This document shows positions 41,682-52,595 of a stretch of 64,000 nucleotides of DNA, one piece after another. The position numbers were made by a program, and so were the translations under genes. Within the stretch, counting starts at the first letter, position 1. Every line of letters begins with the position of its first letter. The notes under the pieces were generated by a model. It saw only the letters and a list, made by a program, of their open reading frames with translations, made no database searches and had not been told where the DNA came from. The stretch is from an uncultured delta proteobacterium (GTDB lineage: Bacteria; Desulfobacterota; Binatia; UBA9968). The stretch is from NCBI GenBank assembly GCA_963728565.1, contig CAVSLC010000019.1, positions 128,001 to 192,000 of the forward strand. The letters run 5' to 3'.

Positions 41682-43287
41682 CTAATCCGCTGGCCGGACA
41701 TTTCTGAGATCGATGCGCGCCATTGAGTTGAACTCGAGGCCGGTGAAGCGGGGATTGAGCAGGGTGCTTTCGCTGGTCCAGAAAAGAGGCACGATCGGCA
41801 GATCGGTTTCAACAAGGATTTTTTGCGCCTCGTCGTAAAGTTTTACCCGTTTTTTACCATCGAGCTCCCGGGCAGCGAGATCGAGCAGTTGATCATAACG
41901 AGGATTCTTCCAGCGGGTATTGTTGTTGCCGCTGCCGGCGGTAAAGAGTTTCATGAAATTGTCCGGGTCCGGATAATCGGCACCCCAGCCCAAACGGAAA
42001 ATATGCGGCGGATCGTTTTGCAGATTTTTTAAATAAACTTTCCACTCCTGATTATCGAGCCTGACGATCACGCCGAGATTGCGCTGCCACATGCTCTGCA
42101 CCGCCTCGGCCACGAGTTTGTGATCTTCTTCCGTATTGTATGCCAACACGACTTGAGGAAATCCTTTGCCATCCGGATAGCCGGCTTCGCGCAGCAGGCG
42201 GCGCGCTTCCGGCGGATTGAAATGCACGCCGATCTTTGAGTTGTGCGCCAGCATCCCCGGCGGAATCCAAGAGGAAGCCGGTTTCTCCCCGCCCTGAAGA
42301 ATTTTCGGGAAAGTGTCGCGATCGATGGCCATCGCGAAGGCTTTCCTCACGCGCGGATCGTTAAACGGTTTTCGATGGGTCGCAAAGCCATAGTAGTAGC
42401 CGCGCAGTTGCGGCACGTGATGAAAACCGCGTTGTTTGGCGATGCGCTTTTTTTCCAATGTCGGGATGCTGCGATTGTCGATGAAATCCAACTGTCCCTG
42501 CTCATACATCGCTAGGGCAGTGGTCTTCTCGCTCACCATCAACATGGTAATTCGATCCATGACCGGCTTGCCGAGGAAATATTTGGGATTGGCGCGCAGC
42601 TGAATCTCGTTCTCATGTTTCCAAGCCGCCAGCGTGAACGGTCCGTTGGTGACGATGTGTTCCGGATCGGTCCAACGCGATGCGAATTTTTCAACGATGT
42701 CTTGCCGCTGAGGAAAAGTGACTTCGAAAGTGGTGAGCGAGAGAAAGTAGGAAGCGGAATGGCGTAATTTCACCTCAAGAGTGACGTCATCGAGCGCTCG
42801 AACGCCGACCTCTCCGGCATCGGCAAGTTTGCCCTCGTGATACTCCTGCGCATTGACGATGTCGAAAAGAATATAGGCGTATTCCGATGCGGTTTTGGGA
42901 TCGAGAAGCCTCTTCCAAGAGTACTCGAAATCCCGAGCGCGGACTTTTATGACCGTCACTCCACAAGGCATCATCACGCAGATGGAAAATGATCCGCTTG
43001 CCGCCATCGGCTATATCCCAAGACCTGGCGATCACCGGCGCCGGCTTGAGATCTCGGGTAAATTCGGTCAGCCCGACCATCAAGTTGGCGATGACATTAA
43101 ACGAAACACCATCGGTGGCTAGCGACCAATCCAGGCTCGGTGGTTCGGTGCCGAGATTAACGCGAAAATGGGTGGCGGAGGGACTCGAATCGGAGTCCGG
43201 CGCCGTCTTGCAGGAAACGAAACTCAGCAGCAGCGCCAGAGTGACGGCGGAATAGAGCAATCGTGGTTTTCTGATACCTAAAGTCAA
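41682..43287 (-). CDS. oppA: Peptide ABC substrate-binding lipoprotein, OppA-like; frameshift near 42960, start approximate
   Basis: Lipobox FVSC, EPPSLD, GLTEF, DFEYSWKRLLDP, TNGPF, RLGWGADYPDP. Confidence 0.92.
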
Positions 43288-43295
43288 AGGATGGC

Positions 43296-43324
43296 TTGCT
43301 AATGAATAATGCAACTATTACTAT
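43296..43324 (+). promoter_or_regulatory. Putative sigma70 promoter of the M19-Xdh-M20 operon
   Basis: TTGCTA-N17-TACTAT in an AT-rich divergent region. Confidence 0.5.
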
Positions 43325-43364
43325 CCGAAGGCGCGCAGATCTTCAAGAAAAGATGGGAGAATCT

Positions 43365-44396
43365 ATGGACGCCAAAGAGCTTCTGCAAACCCATGTCGTG
43401 GTCGAAGGACATCGGGACGTTTATGAGCAGCTCTACAGGACCTCGATCGGCGAATCGATGCCAATCCGCGATGCGATTGCGCCGCGATTGATTCGTGACG
43501 GCATCAATCTCTCCGTCTACGCTATCAGCGGCGATTCTTATTCTCATTCGCAAAATACCGGCCGCTACCTGGAGACCGCGCTCGAAAACATCGACCAGTT
43601 TCTGCAGGAAGCGCCCAAATCCGAGGGCATGATCTCGATGGTCAGAACCCGCGGCGATCTGCCGGAAAAAGTCGAGCCCGGGACGATAAAATTTTTGCTC
43701 CACTTCGAAGGCTGCATGCCTTTGCGCGGCAGCATCCAAAATCTCAGAAACTTCTATCGCCTGGGGCTGCGCTCGTTGCAGCCGGTTTGGAATTTTCGCA
43801 ACGAGCTCGGCGACGGCGTCTGGGAGAATCGAACCGGGGGAGGGCTCACGAACTTTGGCGTCGAAGTGATTAAGGAGGCCAATCGCCTGGGCATGATCGT
43901 CGATTTGTCGCACATGAATCGGGAAGGTTTTTTCCAGAGCCTCGACGTCGCCACCGCGCCGCTCATCGTCAGTCACGCCAACGCCTGCGGCATGCTCGAC
44001 AGCGTGAGAAATCTCGCCGACGATCAAATCAAAGCGATTGCCGAGCAGGGCGGCCTGGTAGGCATTCTCGCCTTGCCGGAGCGGGTCGGCCAAGGCGAAG
44101 TCGTTATCGAGGATATGCTGAGGCACATGGACTACATGATCAAACTAGTGGGCGTCGAGCATCTGGCTCTGGGCATGGATTTCGTCAAATATGACGGGCC
44201 GCGCACGCTTAAAGATCGTCATCATCCGTTGCACAAAGACCCGTTGATCAAGGGATTCGAAGAGATCGAAGATTTGCCCAATCTGATTGACGGCCTGCAG
44301 AAGCACGGTTATCACGAAAACGAAATTGCTCTGATCCTGGGCGGCAACTATCTGCGGGTGTTGAAGACGATCCTCCCGGAACAGTCCATCATCTAA
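43365..44396 (+). CDS. Membrane/renal dipeptidase-like amidohydrolase (M19)
   Basis: EGHRD, FEG, YRLGLR, GLTNFG, VDLSH, SHAN, RNLAD, GMDF, ILGGNYLRV. Confidence 0.9.
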   Translation: MDAKELLQTHVVVEGHRDVYEQLYRTSIGESMPIRDAIAPRLIRDGINLSVYAISGDSYSHSQNTGRYLETALENIDQFLQEAPKSEGMISMVRTRGDLPEKVEPGTIKFLLHFEGCMPLRGSIQNLRNFYRLGLRSLQPVWNFRNELGDGVWENRTGGGLTNFGVEVIKEANRLGMIVDLSHMNREGFFQSLDVATAPLIVSHANACGMLDSVRNLADDQIKAIAEQGGLVGILALPERVGQGEVVIEDMLRHMDYMIKLVGVEHLALGMDFVKYDGPRTLKDRHHPLHKDPLIKGFEEIEDLPNLIDGLQKHGYHENEIALILGGNYLRVLKTILPEQSII

Positions 44397-44411
44397 TCAA
44401 CCATTGTTGGT

Positions 44412-46677
44412 ATGATAGGCGGTCAGAAGGCTTCTCGCGTCGACGGTTTCGAGAAAGTTACCGGCGAGGCGAAATATACCGGCGATCTGAATCTGCCCGG
44501 TCTGCTGGAGGCAAAAGTCCTGCGCAGCCCCTTTCCCCATGCGCGCATCGAATCGATTAATACCGAGAAGGCTGCTGCTCTTTCCGGAGTGGTGGCGATA
44601 CTGACCCGCGACGACCTCAAAGACATCAATCCCTTTTATGGTAATTGTCTGCGCGATCGCCCGCTGGTGGCGTTGGACAAAGTTCGGTTTGTCGGCGAGC
44701 CGGTGGCGGTGGTCGCTGCTGAAGATCCATTGATTGCCGAGGAAGCGCTGGCTCTGATCGACGTGCGCTATCAGGAGCTGCCGTGCCTTGGGACGGTTGA
44801 AGACGCGCTCGCCGCCGGCGCCCCGCTTGTGCACGAAAGCATCGCCGGCACCGGCGAATTCCACGACATCGCCACCGTCGGCGCGGTGATGAAGCCCAAC
44901 GTCTGTCATTTTGAATTCTTTGAAAGAGGAGATGTGACCCGCGGCTTTGCCCAAGCCGACCAGATTCTCGAGGAAGCTTTCCAGTTCCCGATGATCTATC
45001 AGTACGCCATGGAGCCGCACACTTCAGTGGCGCGGGTCACCGACGGCGGCATTACCCTGTGGAGCTCTTCGGCTCATCCGTTTCTGGTTCGCTCCGAACT
45101 GGCGCACATGTTCGGCTTGCCACATGCAAAAGTCGAGGTCATTGTGCCGTACGTCGGCGGCGCTTACGGCAGCAAATCTTATTTCAAGATCGAACCGTTG
45201 ATCGTCGCCATGGCGCGCAAGACCGCCGGTCGACCGGTGCGCCTTGCGCAAAGCGTGCCGGAGGCGATGCTGACGACGCGGCGCCACTCCGCCAATGTGC
45301 GCATCAAGACCGGCTTTAACCGCGACGGGACCCTGGTGGCGCGGGAGGCCGAAGTGGTGCTGGATACCGGCGCGTATGCCGATAACGGACCGCGCGTGGC
45401 CAAGCGCGCGATCAGCCGCATGATCGGCCCCTACAAATTGGGCGATTGCAAAGTCGAGGTCTCAGCGGTTTACACCAACACGGTTCCGGCCGGTTCGATG
45501 CGTTCCATTGGCGGGCCGCAGACGATCTGGGCCTTGGAATCGCACATGGACAGTATCGCTCATCGACTCAACTTGGACCCGCTGCAATTTCGCATGCGCA
45601 ATTTACTCAAGCGCGGCGAAGAGCTAAAAAGCGGCGCCACGCCGGTCGACGCCGATCTGCGGCAAGGAACCAAAGTCGCCGCCGATTATGTCTGCTGGAG
45701 CGAGCGACCCAGTCGAATAGGCAAGGGCCGGGGTGTTGCCGTTGGGGTTTCCGACTCCGAAGCGATGCCGGTTTCGGTGGCCCTGCTCAGGCTTCTTGCC
45801 GACGGCAGCGTTCTCTTGCTAGCCGGCACCACTGAAGTGGGTCAGGGCGCGCGCACGATCCTCAGCCAAATCGTCGCGCGGGAACTGGATGTTCCGATTC
45901 AATCCGTGATCATGCGCGGCACCGATACCTTGGCGACCCCTTTCGACCGTTCTACCGGCGCTAGCCGCTCAACCACAGTGATGGGAAGCGCAGTCCAACT
46001 CGCCGCGCGCGATTTGCGCAAGCAGTTGATCGCCGCCGCCGCCGAAGCGCTCGGCGTCAACACTAGCTCGATTACCTTGCGCAACGGCACCGCCAGTTGC
46101 GGCGATCGTTGTCTGACTTATAGCGATGTGGTCAGCAGGTATTTTGGCATGCCCGGCGGCGAACTCATCGGCCGTGGCACCATGCGCCCGGGACAGGGCC
46201 TGGGTCCGAAGTTACCCCTATTCTGGGAAACCGGCATGGGCGCCGCGGAAATTTCACTGGATATCGAAACCGGGGCGATCCGAGTCGATCGCTACATCAC
46301 AGTTGCCGACGTCGGCAAGGCTATCAATCTTGTGCAAGCCGAAGGTCAGGATGAAGGCGCCGCCATTCAGGGATTGGGGCACACGTCTGTTTGAGTCACT
46401 GTACTACGAGAACGGCCAGCCGGTGAACGCCAATCTGGTCGACTACCGCGTGCCGCGGTTCACCGATATGCCCGAGCACTTCGATTCAGCATTGATCGAA
46501 AATGAAGACGGCCCAGGGCCCTATGGCGCCAAAGGAATGGGTGAATCGGGGATCGTCTCGATAGCGCCGGCAATCGGCAACGCGATCTTCCAAGCGACCG
46601 GAGTGCGGATTCGCACTTTGCCGTTGACTCCGGAACGAATCTGGCGCGCGCTTAACGACGCAAAGCGCGGCATGTGA
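44412..46677 (+). CDS. Xanthine dehydrogenase-family molybdenum-binding large subunit; frameshift near 46385
   Basis: KVTGEAKY, LRSPFPHARI, VGEPVAVV, MEPH, VGGAYGSK, MRSIGGPQ, EVGQG, GPYGAKGMGE. Confidence 0.92.
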
Positions 46678-46700
46678 AGCCAAAGGATAGGCAAAACGAT

Positions 46701-47969
46701 ATGGAACAGAATCCGGCATTCGATAGGGTCAGCGCAATCATTGAGCGAGCGCGTGCCGAACTGATCGATCTTTGTTTGCAGTTGGGGAATATCCCGAGTC
46801 CCCATGGCCAGGAGCGCGATGTCGGAGAGGCAGTGCTCGATTGGTTGAAGCAGTATCAAATCCACGGCCAACTGCAGTTTATCACCCAACGAAGCGTTAA
46901 CGCGGTAGCGACTATCCTGGGCAGCGGTCGAGGACCCAGTCTTATCTTCAACGCGCACATGGATACCGGTCCGGAACTGCCGGCAGACGCAAGCGCGGAT
47001 GCCAGAAAGCTCGAGACCGCTTGGGTTGAAGGCGAGATGCTTTTTGGCAAAGGAATGATCAATGACAAGGCGCAGCTATGCGCCTTCATGATCGCCATGA
47101 GCGCGCTCAGACGCGCCGGAGTTCAGCTCAAAGGAGATTTGACCCTGACGGCGGTGGCATCCGAAACCGGCAATCCCTCGATCGATGAGTTTCAGGGCAT
47201 CGATTTTCCCGGTGAGGGATTCGGCACCAAATGGCTCGTCGACCGCGGCGCCATTGCCGATTATGCGCTGGTCGGCGAGACCTCAGGTTTCGGCATCGTT
47301 CAGGCCGAATGTGGCGCGGCGTGGTTCAAGATTCGGGTCAAAGGCAGAGAGGTCTATACCCCGCGTTATGAGCGGGGCGCATCGATTCAGGAAAATCCCA
47401 ACGCATTTGCCAAGGCTGCCCATGTAATTCAGGCCTTCGAAGAGTGGGCGATCCAGTATGAAAAGAGAGAAACCATCGAGTTTGCCGGCGGAACGATCAT
47501 ACCCAAAGCACAAATCGTCGAGGTGCGAGGCGGCGCCGGAGTGGGGCGGCCAAATGCCACCTGTGATATTTTCACCGACGTAAGAATTGCGCCTGGCCGA
47601 AATCCACTTACGGTTCAAAGGGAGCTTGTCGCTGCCATCCGGAAGGTGAATCTAGATTGTGATATTTCCTTGTTCCAGTATTCTCGCGGCCACATCGCCG
47701 AAAATGCCGAGCCTTTGATCGACGCCGTTAGATCCGCGCACCGCTATCTCTTCGGTGCTGAGCCGCCGCAACCGCCATCGGCGGAAACCAGCATGTGGCG
47801 CGACCTGAACGTTTTTAACGAAATCGGCATTCCGTCCATCTGCTATGGGCCGCCCCGGCAAAGAGAGCGCCTGAGTGGCGCCCAGAACCGCGCGATGAAG
47901 ATCGACGATCTAGTACAAGCGACCAAGGTCTACGCGCTCAGCGCGATGATTCTGTGTGGCATCGAATGA
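46701..47969 (+). CDS. M20/ArgE-DapE-like metallohydrolase with atypical ligands
   Basis: FNAHMDT, GKGMINDKA, GET, GIPSICYGP. VASET replaces the usual xEE motif. Confidence 0.85.
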   Translation: MEQNPAFDRVSAIIERARAELIDLCLQLGNIPSPHGQERDVGEAVLDWLKQYQIHGQLQFITQRSVNAVATILGSGRGPSLIFNAHMDTGPELPADASADARKLETAWVEGEMLFGKGMINDKAQLCAFMIAMSALRRAGVQLKGDLTLTAVASETGNPSIDEFQGIDFPGEGFGTKWLVDRGAIADYALVGETSGFGIVQAECGAAWFKIRVKGREVYTPRYERGASIQENPNAFAKAAHVIQAFEEWAIQYEKRETIEFAGGTIIPKAQIVEVRGGAGVGRPNATCDIFTDVRIAPGRNPLTVQRELVAAIRKVNLDCDISLFQYSRGHIAENAEPLIDAVRSAHRYLFGAEPPQPPSAETSMWRDLNVFNEIGIPSICYGPPRQRERLSGAQNRAMKIDDLVQATKVYALSAMILCGIE

Positions 47970-47994
47970 CCAAACTTTATTGCCGGAGGTGCGT

Positions 47995-48987
47995 GTGAAG
48001 CGACTCGTCTGCTTGCTCTCTTGCTGCATCATGCTCGGTTTAGCTCATCCCTATCAGGCACCGGCTGAAGCTCTCAGGGTCGGCGTCTCCGGTTTGAGCG
48101 CTGAATTCACTCCCGTTTGGGCCGCCAACGAGCGCGGCATATTCAAAAAGTATGGTTTCGAAAGCGAAGTCATCGCGATGCAGGGCGGCACTCAATTGGC
48201 GCAAGCTATTATCGGCGGCACCATTCCTATCGGTGTCATGGGTGGGGCCTACTTGACCGCTGCCGTGCGCGGTGCTGATCTGGTAATGATCGCCACCCAT
48301 ATGGACAAGTTTCCGTATTCGCTCATCGTCAAGCCGGCGATCAAAAGAACCGAAGATCTGAAAGGAACCAAGCTTGCCATCAGCCGCTTTGGCTCTGCCA
48401 GCGATGCCGGATTGCGCGTCTCACTGCAGCGACTCGGGCTCAATCCTGATAAGGATGTAACCATTTTGCAGGTGGGAGGGCAGACATCACGCTTCGCCGC
48501 GCTCAAAGCCGGCACGGTAGATGGCACAGTGGTGATTCCGCCGCTTAGCGGAGCGGCGCAGCGTCTGGGATTCAATGCAATCATCAACATGACCAAGCTG
48601 GGCATTCCATATCCGCAAGAGGGTGTGGTGGTGACCCGGCAGCTACTGGCGAGCCGTCGCGATACGGTCATGAGATTTCTCAAAGCTTATCTGGAAGGGG
48701 TCAGAGAGCTCAAGGTCGACAAAGAGTTCGCCGTTTTCGTGATCGCCAAGTATCTGCGCATGGATCCGAAAAAAGACCGTGAGGCGCTGGAGGACAGCTT
48801 CCAAGAGGTCATCATCGAACAGATGCTTAAAGTTCCGCACATCAATCTGGAAGCCACCAAAGTGGCGCTGGATTTGCTCGGAAAAGAACGACCGGCGAAT
48901 GCCTCGACCGATCCCAGAGATTATGTCGATGGAAGCCTGATGCAGGAGCTTATCAAGAGCGGCTTCATCGACAACCTCTATAGGTAA
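47995..48987 (+). CDS. ABC substrate-binding protein, NMT1/SsuA-like
   Basis: GGAGGT SD and GTG start, signal peptide, DLKGTKLAISRFGS, DVTILQVG, ELIKSGFI. Confidence 0.88.
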   Translation: MKRLVCLLSCCIMLGLAHPYQAPAEALRVGVSGLSAEFTPVWAANERGIFKKYGFESEVIAMQGGTQLAQAIIGGTIPIGVMGGAYLTAAVRGADLVMIATHMDKFPYSLIVKPAIKRTEDLKGTKLAISRFGSASDAGLRVSLQRLGLNPDKDVTILQVGGQTSRFAALKAGTVDGTVVIPPLSGAAQRLGFNAIINMTKLGIPYPQEGVVVTRQLLASRRDTVMRFLKAYLEGVRELKVDKEFAVFVIAKYLRMDPKKDREALEDSFQEVIIEQMLKVPHINLEATKVALDLLGKERPANASTDPRDYVDGSLMQELIKSGFIDNLYR

Positions 48988-49000
48988 GCTTGCTGGAGAA

Positions 49001-50011
49001 GTGATGAAATTCTGCGTGCAATTAAACCCTCAAGTATCGATCGACAAGCCCGGCGCGCAACTGATGCCCACATTGATTGAGCAGGTCCGCATAGCTGACG
49101 CCGTAGGTTTTGACGCTTTTTCCATGGGCGATCATTACAACATCCCCGGCTTGCAGCGACTTAATCAAGTCCCTGCCTTGGCGCGGCTCTGCGCCGAAGC
49201 CAAGCGTTGCGCCGTCGGCACCGCCGTGATGCTATTGGGCTTGCGTCATCCGGTCACCGTCGCCAGCGAGTTGGCGAGTCTCGACGTCCTCAACGATGGC
49301 AAATCTTTCTTTGCTTTCGGCCTGGGCTACCGTGATGATGAACTGAATGCTTTTAATCTCACCAAGGCGCAGCGGTTTCATCGGTTCGTCGAGGGAGTTG
49401 AGATCATCAAGCGACTCTGGACCGAGAATAATGTGAATTATGACGGCACAGCATTCAAGCTCAAGAATGTCAGCGTCGATCCCAAACCGCTGCAAAAACC
49501 GCGGCCGCCGATTTGGATCGCCGCCAATTCCGATGCCGCGGTTGCTCGTGCCGCCACCATCGGTGACGGCTGGATGATCGGGCCGCATTCCGCCATCGAT
49601 GAATTGGTACATCAGGTGGAGCTCTGCCGCCAAACTTGGAGCGCTGCCGGGAAGCCAGGTTCGCCCGACATACCGATAATTCGTGAGACGTTTGTCGCTA
49701 AGACAAGAAAAGAAGCAACGGAAAAGGCGCGTCCCTGTTTGGAACAGCTCTACCGGACGATATACGTCAAATGGAAGCAGAACGAAGCCATGAGCGATTC
49801 GAGCGAATTGAGCTGGGCCTTCGATCGTCTAAGTAAGGGGCGGTTCATCCTCGGCTCGCCCGAGGAGTGCGCCGAGCAGATCAAAGAATACCAAAATCGG
49901 TTGGGAACCGATTACATCTTACCGCGCTTCGACTGGACGCCGGGATTGCCGCAGGAGGAGATTTTGAATTCAATGCGGCTGTTCGGCGAAAAGGTAATTC
50001 AAAAATTGTAG
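49001..50011 (+). CDS. LLM-class flavin-dependent oxidoreductase (luciferase-like)
   Basis: GFDAFSMGDH, HPVTVASELASLD, GLGYR, PKPLQKPRPPIWIAA, GSPEEC. Confidence 0.92.
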   Translation: MMKFCVQLNPQVSIDKPGAQLMPTLIEQVRIADAVGFDAFSMGDHYNIPGLQRLNQVPALARLCAEAKRCAVGTAVMLLGLRHPVTVASELASLDVLNDGKSFFAFGLGYRDDELNAFNLTKAQRFHRFVEGVEIIKRLWTENNVNYDGTAFKLKNVSVDPKPLQKPRPPIWIAANSDAAVARAATIGDGWMIGPHSAIDELVHQVELCRQTWSAAGKPGSPDIPIIRETFVAKTRKEATEKARPCLEQLYRTIYVKWKQNEAMSDSSELSWAFDRLSKGRFILGSPEECAEQIKEYQNRLGTDYILPRFDWTPGLPQEEILNSMRLFGEKVIQKL

Positions 50012-50036
50012 GCAACAGGTTCCAAGGAGGAGATAT

Positions 50037-50993
50037 ATGAAACGAAGCATGCTTGCATTCGTGGCATTTGCGGCGCTGCTCTCGATGCTCAGCTTGCCGC
50101 AGCTGAGCTCGGCCAAAATCGTCGTCGGTCTGTCATCGGTCAACGTGGCATTCTTGCCGGTGTACGTGGCTCAGGAAAAAGGGTTTTTCAAAGACGCCGG
50201 GGTAGAAGTCGTGTTCGTTATGTTTAATGCCGGTTCGACTAACCTACAGGCGCTTGCCGGCGGCGACATCCAGATCATGGGCAGCGCTTTCGTCGAAACC
50301 ATCGGCGGTCGCGCTGCGGGCATGGATATCAAAAACTTTTGGGGAATTTGTAATCTTATGCCGTTCCAGCTTTATTCACAGCCCGATTTTAAATCGATGA
50401 AGGCGGCCAAAGGCAAGCGCTTCGCCATCAGTCGTTTCGGGTCTCTCACCGATTATTTGACCCGGGCGACTTTGCAGCATTTCAACCTCGATTCCAAAGA
50501 CGTGACTATCCTGCAGATCGGCAGCACGCCGGCGCGTTACGCGGCATTGACGGCCAAGGCGGTGGATGCCTCGATTGTCTGGTTCCCCGTGACCGAAATC
50601 GCCAAATCACAAGGTTACACCAAGTTGCTTGATCTCAAGGAGGTGTTTCCGGAATGGCCCTACGAGACTTTTGCCGCGCGTGAGTCTTGGCTCAAAACAG
50701 AAAAAGACCAAGTCACAAAGTTTCTCCAGGCATACCAGAAGGGTGTGAAATACACGCGCGACAACAAAATCGATTCAGTAAAGATCATGCAGAAATACGT
50801 AAAAATGGATCCTGCCTACGCTCCGGCGGGGTATGACGAATACCGCGATTCGTTCCCAATCAACGGCCAGATCGCCGAGAAGGTGATCCCCCAGGTTATC
50901 GCGGAGGAAGCCGCTACCGGTCGGATCAAGAGAAAGATCTCCCTCGATGAGCTGATCGACCGTTCCTATATCCAGGCAATTGGAGGTAAATAG
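50037..50993 (+). CDS. ABC substrate-binding protein, NMT1/SsuA-like
   Basis: AAGGAGG SD, signal peptide, PVYVAQEKGFFK, GKRFAISRFGSLTD, DVTILQIG. Confidence 0.9.
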   Translation: MKRSMLAFVAFAALLSMLSLPQLSSAKIVVGLSSVNVAFLPVYVAQEKGFFKDAGVEVVFVMFNAGSTNLQALAGGDIQIMGSAFVETIGGRAAGMDIKNFWGICNLMPFQLYSQPDFKSMKAAKGKRFAISRFGSLTDYLTRATLQHFNLDSKDVTILQIGSTPARYAALTAKAVDASIVWFPVTEIAKSQGYTKLLDLKEVFPEWPYETFAARESWLKTEKDQVTKFLQAYQKGVKYTRDNKIDSVKIMQKYVKMDPAYAPAGYDEYRDSFPINGQIAEKVIPQVIAEEAATGRIKRKISLDELIDRSYIQAIGGK

Positions 50994-51105
50994 TCACTTC
51001 GACTGAGCGCATTTTCCTGGCATGCGGCAAAAGGCAAGATCGGCCCGGTGAAGCTGCTCAATCTATGATCGCCGCCGCGGAACTTAAGTTAAATGAAATT
51101 GAAGC

Positions 51106-51136
51106 GCCGGTTGGGAAGAGAGTCTTCCCGACCGGC
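51106..51136. terminator. Strong hairpin, possible terminator
   Basis: GCCGGTTGGGAAGA-gag-TCTTCCCGACCGGC (14-bp stem) without a clean U-tract. Confidence 0.45.
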
Positions 51137-51292
51137 CCGTTACCAGCCTCTTGTGCACGGCTTCTTGCATCATCGAGTAGTAAAAGCGAAACGGCAATCA
51201 GAAAATGCGAAATTACCCACCCTGGACGGTGGTTCAGAGGGTGAACCTGTCCCCTTTCGATAATTAACGCACCAGCTCTAAAAGGGTGACAC

Positions 51293-51961
51293 ATGATCAA
51301 AAATGACGAGGCCGGCGCCGATAAAAAATTCAGTGATCGAATGGAGCCTTTGGGACGCGTCATCGGCCGCACGCGATATGTGGTGCTGTTGGCGGTTATC
51401 GCCGTGCTCCTCGTCGCGCTCTCACTGTTTCTGCTTGGAACGATTTTGGCGATCATCGGCATATGGGAGGCATGGGCGGCTTTGCTTCAAGGCCGGATCG
51501 AAGCCACGGATTTAACCGTAGAATTTCTGGAGATCGTCAGCCTGATGCTGAAGGCGGTCTTCTTTTACTTAATCGGTGTGGGATTTTACAGCCTGTTCAT
51601 TGCACCGCTGAACATTGCAACCTCGTTAGGAGTAGAAACTCTCAACGACCTGGAAACCAAAATTATCAGCGTCGTAGTCGTGATCCTGGCGGTGAGATTT
51701 CTGGAGGAATTCATTAGCGGAAAGCAGGCATTGGAAATATTGCAGTACGGCGGCGCGCTGGCGGTGACCGTGGGCGCGCTGGTTTTTTTTCAGTTCTATA
51801 ATCACCGCGCCAAAGAAGATCAGCAGGAACACGGGACGACTGAACAGTCGAAAAAAGATTTGTTCGAACGTGACCAAGAACAGGACCAAAGCAGACCGGG
51901 CGAAAGGCAGACGGACAAGACAGGCGAGGCAGGTAGCGTTTCACTCAAGCGATCCGATTAG
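51293..51961 (+). CDS. YqhA / UPF0114 family membrane protein
   Basis: TRYVVLLAV, LEIVSLML..FYLIGVGFYSLFI, TLNDLETKIISVVVVILAV.FLE. Confidence 0.8.
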   Translation: MIKNDEAGADKKFSDRMEPLGRVIGRTRYVVLLAVIAVLLVALSLFLLGTILAIIGIWEAWAALLQGRIEATDLTVEFLEIVSLMLKAVFFYLIGVGFYSLFIAPLNIATSLGVETLNDLETKIISVVVVILAVRFLEEFISGKQALEILQYGGALAVTVGALVFFQFYNHRAKEDQQEHGTTEQSKKDLFERDQEQDQSRPGERQTDKTGEAGSVSLKRSD

Positions 51962-52234
51962 CGCCATGCTCGGCGGGCGAGCCCCCGCGTCGTGAAAGCC
52001 GTGATTTACTGTCGAGGCGATGCGCAACCGTTGGAAGTATCTCTAACCCGATTCTAGACGCCGTTCCTGGGGATCAACCAGGTCATGACCTGCGCCGACT
52101 TCCCGGTGTTTCACCCGTCCGATTAATAAATTGGTTTAAGAAACGGTGCATGCGAGCAGAAAGCTCTCGACCAAGCTCAGTCTGCGCACAACATGACCGT
52201 ACGAGCTATAAACCCGAAACGCGAACGGCACTGC

Positions 52235-52465
52235 TCAGGGGGCGACTTTTTCGGCGGGCTTAGGTTCTTCCAGTATCACGGCATCGCTTAGAAGCCATTT
52301 ACGCAGAGCGGGATTGGGTTTAAAAGTGTTTAACCTCGCTGCGCCAGACAACAACAAGAAGAGAACGTGGTTAGTAAAAGCGATGACCAGGGCTACCACG
52401 GACATCGCGAGCAAGATGAAAATCAAGCTCAGCGCGACTGCCAGCAGGATGTTCGCGATGAGCAC
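52235..52465 (-). CDS. Small hypothetical membrane protein
   Basis: 76 aa with a long hydrophobic N-terminus. Purine-rich upstream (AAGGAGGG, GAAGG). Confidence 0.5.
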   Translation of the reverse strand: MLIANILLAVALSLIFILLAMSVVALVIAFTNHVLFLLLSGAARLNTFKPNPALRKWLLSDAVILEEPKPAEKVAP

Positions 52466-52595
52466 CTTCCGAAACCCTCCTTATCCTTTATCGATCTCGC
52501 GCACGGAACATAATCACCGCCGAGCGTTCTGTCAATAATGGCAATCCGTGCATCGGTGCCGGACGGAGACATCTGTTGAGCTTTGCGGCAAAGCC

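Noticed and set aside
51152-51170. Sigma54 promoter before yqhA (tgtgcacggcttcttgca)
   Set aside because: It lacks the -24 GG and the spacing is off by one.
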